From positions 1 to 54,630 of IMG/VR virus record IMGVR_UViG_3300028293_000001: a DNA stretch of 54,630 nucleotides. One strand, written 5' to 3'. The notes beneath the pieces are model-generated. The model did no database searches. It had not been told where the DNA came from and was given only the letters and a program-made list of their open reading frames with translations. The DNA comes from a virus (lineage: Duplodnaviria; Caudoviricetes). This document shows, in pieces, positions 27,296 to 36,495 of the stretch. The position numbers and the translations under genes are program-made. How positions within the stretch are numbered: the first letter of the stretch is position 1; each line of letters starts with the position of its first letter.

Positions 27296-30030
27296 ATCTT
27301 CTCGTTCGTTTCTACCGTGGGCACGATCCCGAGGAGCTGAGCCGAGCGCGGCGCCATGCCGCGTAGGCAGATCCTGGCGTCGCTTTCGAAGTCCCCGTCG
27401 AACTCGAAAGACACCTTGTCGTAGTCGGACCACACGAAATCCGGGTCGACCGCCACGCCATCCTCCATCTGCGGAAGGGAGTCGAGGTTGTCGAAGTCCA
27501 TCCCGTACTTGAGCCCGCGAGCGTGCAGGTGGCGCGCGATGAGCGCGAGACCCCCGATCTTCTTCATCTGGGCGAGGGCGGTCCCGAGCATGGCCGCGTA
27601 CGCCATCTTCGTGCCCTTCCAGTCGGCGTTGTAGGGTAGGCCCACGACAATGTCCGAGGCGGCCACCGCGAGGTCGATGAAGCCGCCGGTCACGGTGTAG
27701 ATCAGGGCATCGCTCGCGTCGTAGCCGACGTCTGCGCCGTCGGCCCAGACCACGACCTGCTTGCCCTCGAGGTGCGCGACCGGCACATGGGTGATGGGCG
27801 CTCCGTGGTAGACGATGAAGGCGTCGCCCAGCTTGCTGACGGTGGCGTTGATGCACTCCATCTCGCGCGCCCAGCGCTCGAGGAAGCGCTTGGTGGCACC
27901 GTTGATCGTGCGCTTGACCGAGTAATAGACCTCGTCCTCGCCCGATCCTGGAAGCACCGCAGCATCCTCGATGAGCCCGTCTGTCTCGACCAGCACCCAG
28001 CAGGCGACGTTTTCCACGTGATCGAAGATGAGCACGGCCACCTTGCCGTCGGCCCTCACGCAATGGATCCGCGTATCTGGCTTGCGCTGGACCGCCACAC
28101 GCACGATCGTCAGATCTAGGCTGTCGTCGTCCGGGTCCTCGAAGAGGTCCGGGACGATGGCGCTCGCGTCGCTTGAGCTGAAGTCGTTCGCATTGGCGTC
28201 GAAGGCGAGCTGGTAGAGGCGCTTACCTCCCTGCCGCACGAAGAAACCCATGGTGTCGGCCTTCACCGCCTGGACAGGATCCGAGCCCTGGGTCGAAGGC
28301 GGCCGGATGTCGAAGTTGGTCGGGGTGATCGGCTCATCGAGGTTCGAGGTGATCATCTGGAACTCGGCGAGCTCGCCACCCATCAGCAGGCGCTGCAGCG
28401 AGAGCATCCACTGGATGTTGTCGACCGGCCCGGAACCGATCGAGCGCGCGATGGTGCCGCTGTCGCCCTCGACCGTGTCGTCGAAGCTGAAATAGCCGTC
28501 CGAGATCGAGCCCCACTCCTTGCCTTTGCCAGCCCACCACATCCGACCGCCGTGCAGGACCCCCGCCGACGGGTAGCCGCGGAACGGCGACCAGGCGCCC
28601 TCGCTCCATAGGGCTGTGTCGCCGTTGTCTCCGAGGTGCTTGATCACCACCCCGGTCACGCTCGTCGCGCTTCCGAAGGCGAGCACGCGGACGACCCCTG
28701 TGATCGGCTCGAGCTTCCCGATCAGATCGAGGGTTGTCGAGCGAGCGCCGACGTAGACCGTGGTGCGCAGTCGGTAAAACCAGATCTCGTTGTCCAGCCC
28801 GTCGTTGAAATTGAGGCCGATCTGGTCGAGAACGTAGGTCGCCACGTTGGTCCAGTTGGCGATGCCGTCGGCGCTGCGCTCAAGCACGACAGTTGTGCCT
28901 CCCGATGCGGTCACGTTCTGGACGTCCACGGTCACATCGCGATCGGTGCCTACTCCGATGACGCGCAAGGGATCGGTGAAGACATTCAGCCCGCAGGCGA
29001 TCACCTTCACGACCGAACGCGCGCTCGAGGTGACCCGGAACAGCATTCCCACCTGGGTGGCCTTGAAGATGGGCTTGTTCGCGTTTATAACGACCGACCC
29101 AAAAAGATCGCTCACTTGCACAACGGTGGTCGTGAGGTTCTCGGTCAGGAATGGGCCATCCTCCGGCTCGTAGAGCACGACGGACCAGGACCTGGTGCCG
29201 CGGCGCTCGATCGTCCTTTGCTGGTAGGCCGCAGCCCCGGTAGAGCTCCCGCAGGCCACGAAGATGATGTCGCCTGAGATGTCGAAGCGTACGAGCTCAA
29301 GGTCGGCAGCCACCCAGGGCGTGGGGAGATCCATCGCGCCGGCGGCCTCGATCGTGATGTTGGAGATCTTGACCGGGTAGTCGAGGCTCGACTTCACGCG
29401 GATCCAGAAGTTACCGGTCGGGGTGAGGGCGAGGGAATGCGTCCCGGTCCCGAGGGTGGTCTTCGTGATGTAGTCCTCGAGGCCGCTCGCCGAGCCCACC
29501 TGGAAAACAACCGGCCCGCGGGCCACGACGATGCGGATCGCGTGCTCCTTGTTCAGGTCAGCGCCCGCCACCACCACCTGCTGCTCGCGGATCGAGGCGT
29601 TGAAGCCGTCCCCGAGGAGTTGCATGTCGTTCGGGGCCACCCAGCTCGAGACCGCGCTTGGCTGCTCGTCGAGGTCGGTCCAGTTGTTGATGTTGGCCGG
29701 GAAGGTGCCGTTCACGGTCTGGGTGGCCACCGCGACCCGGGTGACTAGGCTCCCGTTGATCCACACCCGCATGTGCTGATCGGTGAGCTCTACCAGCGCC
29801 TTGTCGCTCAGGTTGAAGACGAAGGGGATGTGGAAGGCCTGCGCGTCGGCGCGGCTGTCCCCGAGGAAGCCCAGCCCTGGCCGCACCATCATGCCGCCCA
29901 GCACCCGGCTCATCCAGTTGGTCTGGATCTCAGCGGCGAGCGCGGTGCGCTTGAGGTCGATCCTGGCGAGGCCGCCCTTCGACACCAGGCCCCGGTTGAA
30001 GGCGATCAGGGGGACGTTCTGGATCGCCAT
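27292..30030 (-). CDS. Tail tubular protein B (nozzle/stabilization protein)
   Basis: AFNRGLVS, GGMMVRPG, WSEGAWS..RGYP....HGGRMWW; 912 aa, beta-rich. Confidence 0.85.
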   Translation of the reverse strand: MAIQNVPLIAFNRGLVSKGGLARIDLKRTALAAEIQTNWMSRVLGGMMVRPGLGFLGDSRADAQAFHIPFVFNLSDKALVELTDQHMRVWINGSLVTRVAVATQTVNGTFPANINNWTDLDEQPSAVSSWVAPNDMQLLGDGFNASIREQQVVVAGADLNKEHAIRIVVARGPVVFQVGSASGLEDYITKTTLGTGTHSLALTPTGNFWIRVKSSLDYPVKISNITIEAAGAMDLPTPWVAADLELVRFDISGDIIFVACGSSTGAAAYQQRTIERRGTRSWSVVLYEPEDGPFLTENLTTTVVQVSDLFGSVVINANKPIFKATQVGMLFRVTSSARSVVKVIACGLNVFTDPLRVIGVGTDRDVTVDVQNVTASGGTTVVLERSADGIANWTNVATYVLDQIGLNFNDGLDNEIWFYRLRTTVYVGARSTTLDLIGKLEPITGVVRVLAFGSATSVTGVVIKHLGDNGDTALWSEGAWSPFRGYPSAGVLHGGRMWWAGKGKEWGSISDGYFSFDDTVEGDSGTIARSIGSGPVDNIQWMLSLQRLLMGGELAEFQMITSNLDEPITPTNFDIRPPSTQGSDPVQAVKADTMGFFVRQGGKRLYQLAFDANANDFSSSDASAIVPDLFEDPDDDSLDLTIVRVAVQRKPDTRIHCVRADGKVAVLIFDHVENVACWVLVETDGLIEDAAVLPGSGEDEVYYSVKRTINGATKRFLERWAREMECINATVSKLGDAFIVYHGAPITHVPVAHLEGKQVVVWADGADVGYDASDALIYTVTGGFIDLAVAASDIVVGLPYNADWKGTKMAYAAMLGTALAQMKKIGGLALIARHLHARGLKYGMDFDNLDSLPQMEDGVAVDPDFVWSDYDKVSFEFDGDFESDARICLRGMAPRSAQLLGIVPTVETNEKI

Positions 30031-30033
30031 CTT

Positions 30034-30681
30034 CTACCCGAGCAGGCTGCCGCGGTTGCCTCCATCCCGCCAGCCGCGGTTCAGCCCGCGGCGAGCGGCG
30101 GTCCATCGGCCCTCGGCGAAGGAGGTGCTCGAGTCGGCCATGGCGTTCTTCGTCTTGGCGTCGCGCAGGCACTTCGTCATGTAGGCCTCGGCCTTGTCGG
30201 CCTTCTTCTTGTCCTGGGTGAGCGGGATCGCGACCAGGAACCCCATCCGGGCCTTGAAGTACTCGACGAAGGTTGGCGGCCACAGGCTCATGTCCCCGCC
30301 GTATCTCGCGTCGTTCGACACGTAGCGCACGAAGATCGTGTCGAGGCTCGCATACCAGAATCCGGCCTCCTCACGCACGTCGAGGAGCGGCGTGTTGAAC
30401 ATCTCGTCCTGGCAGACCGCCGTGGTGCGGATGTGGTCGGTGGGCACCTCGAAGACCCGCTTGAACCCCCAGTCCGGCGTGATCGAGGGATCGTAGGTAA
30501 TGCGGACCGAGCGCGTGGCGAAGTACCACTGGCCAGCCTCGAGGACATCGTCGATCGCGCCGTCGTCCCAGACGCGGTCGAGCGCGCGCCGGCTGGGGCG
30601 TTCCTCCGTGAGCGAGGCGAGCGGGCGCTGGCCGATGACGTCCAGCGCGCCGTTATAGATCCTCAGCTTGGTCGTCGCCAC
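30034..30681 (-). CDS. Tail tubular protein A (adaptor)
   Basis: IYNGALDVIG...W.FA...F..PTD pattern of T7 gp11-like adaptors. Confidence 0.82.
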   Translation of the reverse strand: MATTKLRIYNGALDVIGQRPLASLTEERPSRRALDRVWDDGAIDDVLEAGQWYFATRSVRITYDPSITPDWGFKRVFEVPTDHIRTTAVCQDEMFNTPLLDVREEAGFWYASLDTIFVRYVSNDARYGGDMSLWPPTFVEYFKARMGFLVAIPLTQDKKKADKAEAYMTKCLRDAKTKNAMADSSTSFAEGRWTAARRGLNRGWRDGGNRGSLLG

Positions 30682-30693
30682 CGGTGCTCCCGG

Positions 30694-31266
30694 CTAGGCG
30701 TCGACAGTCTTCAGGTACTCCGTCAGCCAGCTGCCGGCCTCGGCTTTGGTCTGGCAGTCCTTGTGCATCGTCTGCCGGTCGCTCTTTCGGATGACGTGCC
30801 AGCGCAGGCCGGGGGTGTGCTTGATCTCGAACTTCGAGCTCGCCGCGGCGGCCTCGGTGATCGCGACGTCCTGGGTGGAGAGGTCCCACCAGTTGAGCAC
30901 GTGCACCTTGGCCCAGGTGCGATCGCACGCTAGGACAAGGAGTTCGGCGAAGTAGGTGCCGTCTTCCGCCCGGACCTCGATCCGGTCGTAGGGCTTGAGC
31001 TTCGGGCCGACGTGGGCCCAGTAGGCCGGGTCGATCATCTCCTCGAGGCCATGGCCCGAGCCCGGGGTGGCGACGTGGATGATGCGTTCGAACTCGGCGC
31101 TTCGCAGCCGATCGACGCCCAGGATGGGGCGCGCCGGCTCCTTGACCGAGGCGTCCTTGGTGGCGTCGGTGGCGCGCTTGGCCTCCTCGGCTTGTCTCAG
31201 GCGGTTGCGCGCGTTGGCCACGCGCATATCTACGGGGCTGGGGGTGAGGGTCTTCGGGTCGGCCAT
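30694..31266 (-). CDS. Hypothetical protein (190 aa)
   Basis: AAAGGAGA RBS; lies in the head-tail gene block. Confidence 0.75.
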   Translation of the reverse strand: MADPKTLTPSPVDMRVANARNRLRQAEEAKRATDATKDASVKEPARPILGVDRLRSAEFERIIHVATPGSGHGLEEMIDPAYWAHVGPKLKPYDRIEVRAEDGTYFAELLVLACDRTWAKVHVLNWWDLSTQDVAITEAAAASSKFEIKHTPGLRWHVIRKSDRQTMHKDCQTKAEAGSWLTEYLKTVDA

Positions 31267-31299
31267 GCTCGTTCTCCTTTGGTCTTTCGTGAAACGTGC

Positions 31300-31329
31300 A
31301 AGGCCCGAGGCCTTTCGGCCCCGGGCTTC
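31300..31329 (-). terminator. GNRA-capped hairpin after the capsid and decoration genes
   Basis: AAGCCCGGGGCC-GAAA-GGCCTCGGGCCTT on the minus strand; only a weak U tract. Confidence 0.5.
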
Positions 31330-31363
31330 TGGTGTTGCCGTCCCAGCTGACCTACCCCGCCTA

Positions 31364-31819
31364 CTACAGGCTCGAGGCCCTGGTCGAGGAGATCGAGCCG
31401 AGCGTGGTCAGGTTGAAGCCGCCCGAGCTGTTGGTGGTGGTGAGGATACCCAGCAGCACGATGAAGCTGGAACCTGCCGACGTGTACTGCGCGTTCAGCA
31501 GCAAGTCGCCCACCTGCATGCCGAGCTGCTGGCCGTCGGTGAAGAACCCGGCGCCCGTCAGGTCGGTGGTCAGGTTGGTCGAGATGTACTGCCACAGCCC
31601 CAGGCCGCCCGCACGGGTGACCCCTGAGCTCCACGCCGTGAGGGAAGAGGTGCCCAGGATCGAGCGCGCGCCCGCCAGGCGCGAGAGCAGCACCGGCGGG
31701 TTGGCGACCGAGGAGGCGGCGGTGGTGCCCGAGTAGGCCATCGACGCGAAGGTCGGCAGGCCGAAGCGGACACCCAGCAGGTAGCAGATGCTCGCCAGGA
31801 TTTGCGTGAGTTTCTTCAT
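31364..31819 (-). CDS. Putative capsid decoration protein, Ser/Thr-rich, with hydrophobic leader
   Basis: Directly follows the capsid gene; AGFFTDG..LGMQVGD motif. Confidence 0.65.
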   Translation of the reverse strand: MKKLTQILASICYLLGVRFGLPTFASMAYSGTTAASSVANPPVLLSRLAGARSILGTSSLTAWSSGVTRAGGLGLWQYISTNLTTDLTGAGFFTDGQQLGMQVGDLLLNAQYTSAGSSFIVLLGILTTTNSSGGFNLTTLGSISSTRASSL

Positions 31820-31892
31820 GGTTGTCTCGATGGGTTCGGCCCGGAGTGGGCGGGTCCGGTGAGTTGGATCCCGCCCCTAGCAGGCCAGTGGG

Positions 31893-32960
31893 TTAGGCGT
31901 AAGCCGACCCGTCGTGGGTGATGACCACATCCCCTGCGTTCTGCAGGAGCTTGGCCGCCATGAAGATCGAGCACCGCGCGTAGCTGTAGTTCTGCTCGTC
32001 GTTGTACCCGACCGCCGTGTCGACCTCGCCCGTGTTGGCCGCGTGGCCGATCGCCGACTTATGGAACAGGAACGACTTCTCGCTCGAGGTGCCCTTGCCG
32101 GGAAGGTTCGGGTGCTCGACGATCAGGCAGTTCCTCCAGCGGTAGGCCATCGGCGCGTCGCGCCAGTCGGGGGCGTTGCCGGCGTAGGGCCGGATGTCCA
32201 CGTACTGGGCGTTGGCGAACTCGGGGGCCTGCTCGAGGTAGGCGAGGAATGAGGGCTGGCACAGCAGCGTGATGTTCGAGTCCCAGGGCACGCTCGCGTT
32301 GGAGAGCTTCACGCGGCCGTTCTGGAACATCGACACGTTGGGCACCTGGCCCGCGCCGCCGATGCTGACGGTCCCGTTGTTGAGCTCCTGGATGATGGTG
32401 TCGTCGATCTTGCGATTGATGACCCCCATCGAGGTGACCTGCATGATCCGGCGCTGGTCGCCCTGAGAGGCGAACACGTTGAAGCCGGTCTTGCGCACGA
32501 GGTCGTGCCATTCCTGGAGCACCGCGGAGAACTGGTTGTTGTTGTCCGCGCGGGCGGGGATGAGGCCGTTCACGCCTCGGGTCACCGCGGTGGCGCCGCC
32601 TGAGTCGGCGACGAGGAACACCGCCGTCTGACCCTTGATCACCGCCTCGGTCGTGACGCAGGGCCGTAGCAGCGTGGCGTGCGCCTCGAAGCCCTGGATG
32701 AACTCCTGGCGGTACTGGGTCTGGTAGGCGGTATCGAGCATGCTGGCGAACGAGTTGAGAGCTCGCTCCCGGAAGGGCTCGAACGCCCACCGGACGAATG
32801 GCCCGAAGATCTTCCAGGCCGAGGCTTCGAGGAACTGCGGCACCGCCTGGACGGCGGTGATGATGCTATCGCGAGTGGTTTCGGCAGCGTGGGCTGCGAT
32901 TGCGAGGCAGCTGGCGATGGTCAGTGCCACCACCGCTGCGAGGCGTTTCAGCTTGGCCAT
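31893..32960 (-). CDS. Major capsid protein with N-terminal extension
   Basis: Follows the scaffold; AAAGGAGG RBS; QYRQEFIQGFE...INRKID..I...FHKSAIGHA podoviral capsid pattern. Confidence 0.85.
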   Translation of the reverse strand: MAKLKRLAAVVALTIASCLAIAAHAAETTRDSIITAVQAVPQFLEASAWKIFGPFVRWAFEPFRERALNSFASMLDTAYQTQYRQEFIQGFEAHATLLRPCVTTEAVIKGQTAVFLVADSGGATAVTRGVNGLIPARADNNNQFSAVLQEWHDLVRKTGFNVFASQGDQRRIMQVTSMGVINRKIDDTIIQELNNGTVSIGGAGQVPNVSMFQNGRVKLSNASVPWDSNITLLCQPSFLAYLEQAPEFANAQYVDIRPYAGNAPDWRDAPMAYRWRNCLIVEHPNLPGKGTSSEKSFLFHKSAIGHAANTGEVDTAVGYNDEQNYSYARCSIFMAAKLLQNAGDVVITHDGSAYA

Positions 32961-33138
32961 GATGGCCTCCTTTGCACGTTGAACGAACCGTCGCTCGGGT
33001 TAGCCGTCCTGCCGCAGCCTGGGTTGGCCCTCTTTCGAGGGGGCCGGCGCGCGACCCTCTGGGGCCTCGCTACCTGGTCATCTTGTTCCGCTCACCGGGG
33101 CGCCTTTCATCGCGGGTAGCCGGTGGCACTTGGGGCGC

Positions 33139-33172
33139 ATCGTACCCGCGTTTGTGCGGGTGCACAAGAGCC
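33139..33172 (-). promoter_or_regulatory. Putative late promoter for the capsid gene
   Basis: GGCTC-TTGTGC-17-TACGAT; the same 12-mer precedes the 40418-40451 promoter. Confidence 0.65.
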
Positions 33173-33175
33173 GCT

Positions 33176-34186
33176 CTACTTCTTCGGGGCCTGGCTGTCG
33201 CGAAAGGCAACGAGCTCGCGGTAGCGCGCCTGGTTGGCCTCGGCCTTCGGTCCCGTCCAGTACTCGCTTCTCCTGTCGCCCATCATCGCGGTCAGCTTGG
33301 CGATCTCGTCGACGACGGTCGAGAGCACGTTCCCGCTCTCATTCGGGACGATCGTCGCCATCGGGTTGATCTTGAAGGCGAGGTCCCGCAGCCACTCGAG
33401 CACGCCGAAGTCGTTCAGGAACGCCCGGTCTTCGGGTCCACGGCCGCCGCGGATCCGCGCGGCTACCTCCGGAGGAGCGCTCGAGATGAGCGCGTTCACG
33501 AGGTTCCTGTTGCGCTTGGCGTCGGGTCCCCAGTGCGCGGTCATCGCCTCCACGGTCTCGGCCATGTGCTTCGAGTCGGCATCGGCCAGGGCCTCGAGCT
33601 GCTTTTCCTGGTCAGCGTGATACCAGGCGAGCGCCGCCTTCACCTGCTCCGGGCGGTAGTTCGCGGTGTGCGCGGCCTCCTTGAAACTCTCGATGTAGGT
33701 GGCATCGTCCTCCCCGAACACGATCCCCTCGGGCATCGGATAGTCCTTCGCGAGGACTGGGATCCCCTGCTCCTCGCGGTAGGCGGCCAACTGTTCGGCG
33801 GTCGCGTTCTCCGGCAGCGTGGGCCGGAGCTCGCCCGAGCGGATCCGCGCCTGGGCGGCGAAGTGCGAGTTGGCGAGATCCCGCGGCGAGGCGAAGCGCT
33901 CGAGTTGCTTCAGGAGTTTCGCATCGCCGCCTACCAGTTGCTCGCGCCAGTCGTCGGGCCAGACCTGGACGACGGGCGCAGCGCCAGACGTAGGCGCTGC
34001 AGCCGGATCCGGGGCCGGATCGTCGATCGCGTTCGCCGGCACCTGCGGGCGCGCGGCCGGTCCCGGCGCAGCAGGCTTCGCCGGCGCGGCAGATGGCGCA
34101 GCTGCAGGTGCGGCTGGTGCTGCCGGGGCAGCGGGAGCGGCAGGAGCGACGGGTTTGACGGGAGCGGCTGGGGCGGCTGCAGGCAT
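33176..34186 (-). CDS. Capsid scaffolding protein
   Basis: Between portal and capsid; Pro/Ala-rich N-terminus, WPDDWRE, helical acidic body. Confidence 0.8.
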   Translation of the reverse strand: MPAAAPAAPVKPVAPAAPAAPAAPAAPAAAPSAAPAKPAAPGPAARPQVPANAIDDPAPDPAAAPTSGAAPVVQVWPDDWREQLVGGDAKLLKQLERFASPRDLANSHFAAQARIRSGELRPTLPENATAEQLAAYREEQGIPVLAKDYPMPEGIVFGEDDATYIESFKEAAHTANYRPEQVKAALAWYHADQEKQLEALADADSKHMAETVEAMTAHWGPDAKRNRNLVNALISSAPPEVAARIRGGRGPEDRAFLNDFGVLEWLRDLAFKINPMATIVPNESGNVLSTVVDEIAKLTAMMGDRRSEYWTGPKAEANQARYRELVAFRDSQAPKK

Positions 34187-34190
34187 GGTC

Positions 34191-34499
34191 TTACCTCTTT
34201 CGTAGGATATCGGTGTTGATGCGGGAGAGCTTCACGATCTGGAGGCCGACCGATCTGCGCCCTTCGGCGAAGTCAGTGTCGCGCGCTCCGGTTGGACCTG
34301 GGCGGAACGATAGGTCGTAGGTGCCAGCCGCTTCCTCGATGATCCACCTCAAGGCGGCCTTCTGCTGCTCTGGGCTCGCGTTCCCTTCGCTCAAGGCCTG
34401 GATGGCGAGCGCGTGGTGTTCGTCCCAGGCGGCGGGGTGCCAGGCCTCGGCGGCCTTCGGGGCTGGGGCCTTCGTCTTGGAGCGCGGTTGTTCGCTCAC
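34191..34499 (-). CDS. Bbp19-like small head protein
   Basis: TDFAEGRRSVGLQI motif, directly after the portal. Confidence 0.7.
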   Translation of the reverse strand: MSEQPRSKTKAPAPKAAEAWHPAAWDEHHALAIQALSEGNASPEQQKAALRWIIEEAAGTYDLSFRPGPTGARDTDFAEGRRSVGLQIVKLSRINTDILRKR

Positions 34500-36145
34500 T
34501 GTACCGGCACGGGTTGGGCTTCAGCGGAGTTCTTTCTCGACTCGCTGATCGTCTGCGCCACGTCGGCGCCCTGCTGGGCCTGCTGCAGGAACTCGGCCGC
34601 CTGCTGCTTGCTGGCCGCGTCCTGGGACATCGAGTCGACCTCGCCCTCGTCCCTGGTCCACTTGGCTGGCACGCCGATCCCGGTCAGCGCATCGCGCAGA
34701 GCATCGACGGCCTTCGGGATGTACTGGGCGTTCTGGTCGATGCCCACGGCCTCGACGGTGAGCTGCTTCATCTGCATGAAGAGGTTGCCCTTCGCCTGCT
34801 CGATCGTGTCGTGTAGCGGCGAGCGGAAGCGGAACTGCAGTTGCTTCGCGGCGATCGCCTGCTGGAGTTTCCGAGGCATGACCGAGGTCGGGCCGAAGGC
34901 CCCGGCGCGCAGCATCTTCGCGAAGGTGAGCTCGCAGATCTGGCCATTGCGCTCGTCCTCCATGGGCTCGAAGAGCGGGAGCGCGCGCCGGATGTAGTCC
35001 TGGACGATCTGGCCCGCCTGGTAGGCGGTCATCTGCGGATCCGAGGCCGGGTTGAACGGCTTGAGCGCATTCAGGTAGAAGGCATCCGAGAGGATCTTCA
35101 TCGACTGCGCCGCCTGCTTCTCGCCCAGGGGTAGGCCGCTCTTGTCGTTCGTGAGCACGTGCAGATAGTCGGCCAGCTTGCCATCACCGTCGAAGTCCGC
35201 CCAGGTGAGGCCGCCGGCGAACATCGCGACGTCAGACCTGAAGATGTTCTGGTCGGCGATGAGCGGGGGATTTGTCGCCTTCTCGCCCGCCTCGAGCAAG
35301 GTCCAGGTCATGGCCTGCAGGAGGCGCGCCTCGGGCAGCGCTGCGACGGTGGCCGGGCTGAAGGCGTACTGGCTGCCGCTCACGGTCTGCCAGCGTTCCA
35401 CCGAGTAAAACAGGTCGAGGCTCGGGGTCTCCTCGAGCTTCGTTTCGTTCTCGACGTCGTAGTAGATCGACACGAAGGGGGTCGACACCTTCATGTCGTA
35501 CATGTCCGCGGCCACCACCATGTGCACGCACTGGATCTCGGCGGCCGGATCCTTCAGCATCTTGTCCCGCACCTTCTGGTCGACGGTCTTCGGAAAGAGC
35601 GTCACCAGGTCGCGGGTCGAGGGCTTCCACTTTCTCCAGATCGCGCAGATCTTGCCGTTCGAATCCTCGATCCAGCACAGGTCGCGCAGGTGCCACAACG
35701 TATAGACGAGGCCGTCGGCGTCGCGGTTCATCTGCACGCTGGGCACGGCCTGGCCGAAGGCCGCGTAGTCGTTGTCGCCCTGGCGCATCGCCTTCGAGAA
35801 GTTGGCGTTCCGGTCGTACATCGCTCGGCGCATCACGATCGCGAACCACTCGAGCCATCCCCGGACCTCGTCGTCCATCAGGCGCTCATCGAGCGTGCCC
35901 ATGTAGAACCAGGGCTTCTCCTTCGGGCGCAGCATCTGGCCGAATTGGTCGGCGAGCTCGCGGCGGATGAGCAGCGGATAGCTCGTCATCAGGTTCGAGG
36001 CGAAATCGGTTCCGAGCGATCGCTGCCACGTGAAGTCCGCCCGCTCCACGTAGAAGTTCATGGCGATTTCCTGGTGCAGCGAATCCAGGGCCATCTTCTT
36101 CGAGAAGAGGCTCTGGCCGTACTCGTAGAGCTTCTTCGCGTCCAC
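34496..36145 (-). CDS. Portal protein (head-tail connector, T7 gp8-like)
   Basis: 549 aa; AAFGQA, RWQTVSGSQY..SPA..ALP, EKATNPPL, MTAYQ. Confidence 0.88.
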   Translation of the reverse strand: MDAKKLYEYGQSLFSKKMALDSLHQEIAMNFYVERADFTWQRSLGTDFASNLMTSYPLLIRRELADQFGQMLRPKEKPWFYMGTLDERLMDDEVRGWLEWFAIVMRRAMYDRNANFSKAMRQGDNDYAAFGQAVPSVQMNRDADGLVYTLWHLRDLCWIEDSNGKICAIWRKWKPSTRDLVTLFPKTVDQKVRDKMLKDPAAEIQCVHMVVAADMYDMKVSTPFVSIYYDVENETKLEETPSLDLFYSVERWQTVSGSQYAFSPATVAALPEARLLQAMTWTLLEAGEKATNPPLIADQNIFRSDVAMFAGGLTWADFDGDGKLADYLHVLTNDKSGLPLGEKQAAQSMKILSDAFYLNALKPFNPASDPQMTAYQAGQIVQDYIRRALPLFEPMEDERNGQICELTFAKMLRAGAFGPTSVMPRKLQQAIAAKQLQFRFRSPLHDTIEQAKGNLFMQMKQLTVEAVGIDQNAQYIPKAVDALRDALTGIGVPAKWTRDEGEVDSMSQDAASKQQAAEFLQQAQQGADVAQTISESRKNSAEAQPVPVQ

Positions 36146-36147
36146 GG

Positions 36148-36489
36148 TCAGCCTCCCAGCGGCTCGTCTTGGCCGGTGAGGATGGTGGAGAGGCGCCCGC
36201 GGCGCGCGAGCTGCGCCTGGATTGACCGGCGGCGCGCGGATATGGCCTCGATCGTGTCAGGGCCCGGCACCGGCATTCTCTCCGGCGGCGGAGTCGCCGG
36301 CGTATCGGGCTGCACGGTAGGGCTCGGGTCGATGTGCCGGCGGATGGCGTCCGCTACGTCGCCGCCGCCGATTCCGGTATGAAAGATGGTGAGGGGATCG
36401 GTGAACGATTCGATGTCGGAGAGAGATCCGAGAGCGCCGGACGCGAATCGCCTGCCTGCGTTCTTCACTGACTTCGCTGCGTTCCCCAT
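36148..36489 (-). CDS. Small virion protein upstream of the portal
   Basis: C-terminal RRGRLSTILT...LGG typical of the gene preceding podoviral portals. Confidence 0.7.
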   Translation of the reverse strand: MGNAAKSVKNAGRRFASGALGSLSDIESFTDPLTIFHTGIGGGDVADAIRRHIDPSPTVQPDTPATPPPERMPVPGPDTIEAISARRRSIQAQLARRGRLSTILTGQDEPLGG

Positions 36490-36495
36490 GGACCT

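Noticed and set aside
31848-31876. Hairpin after the capsid gene as a terminator
   Set aside because: A GGGCGGG/CCCGCCC stem is present but there is no U tract, so at most it is a stability element.
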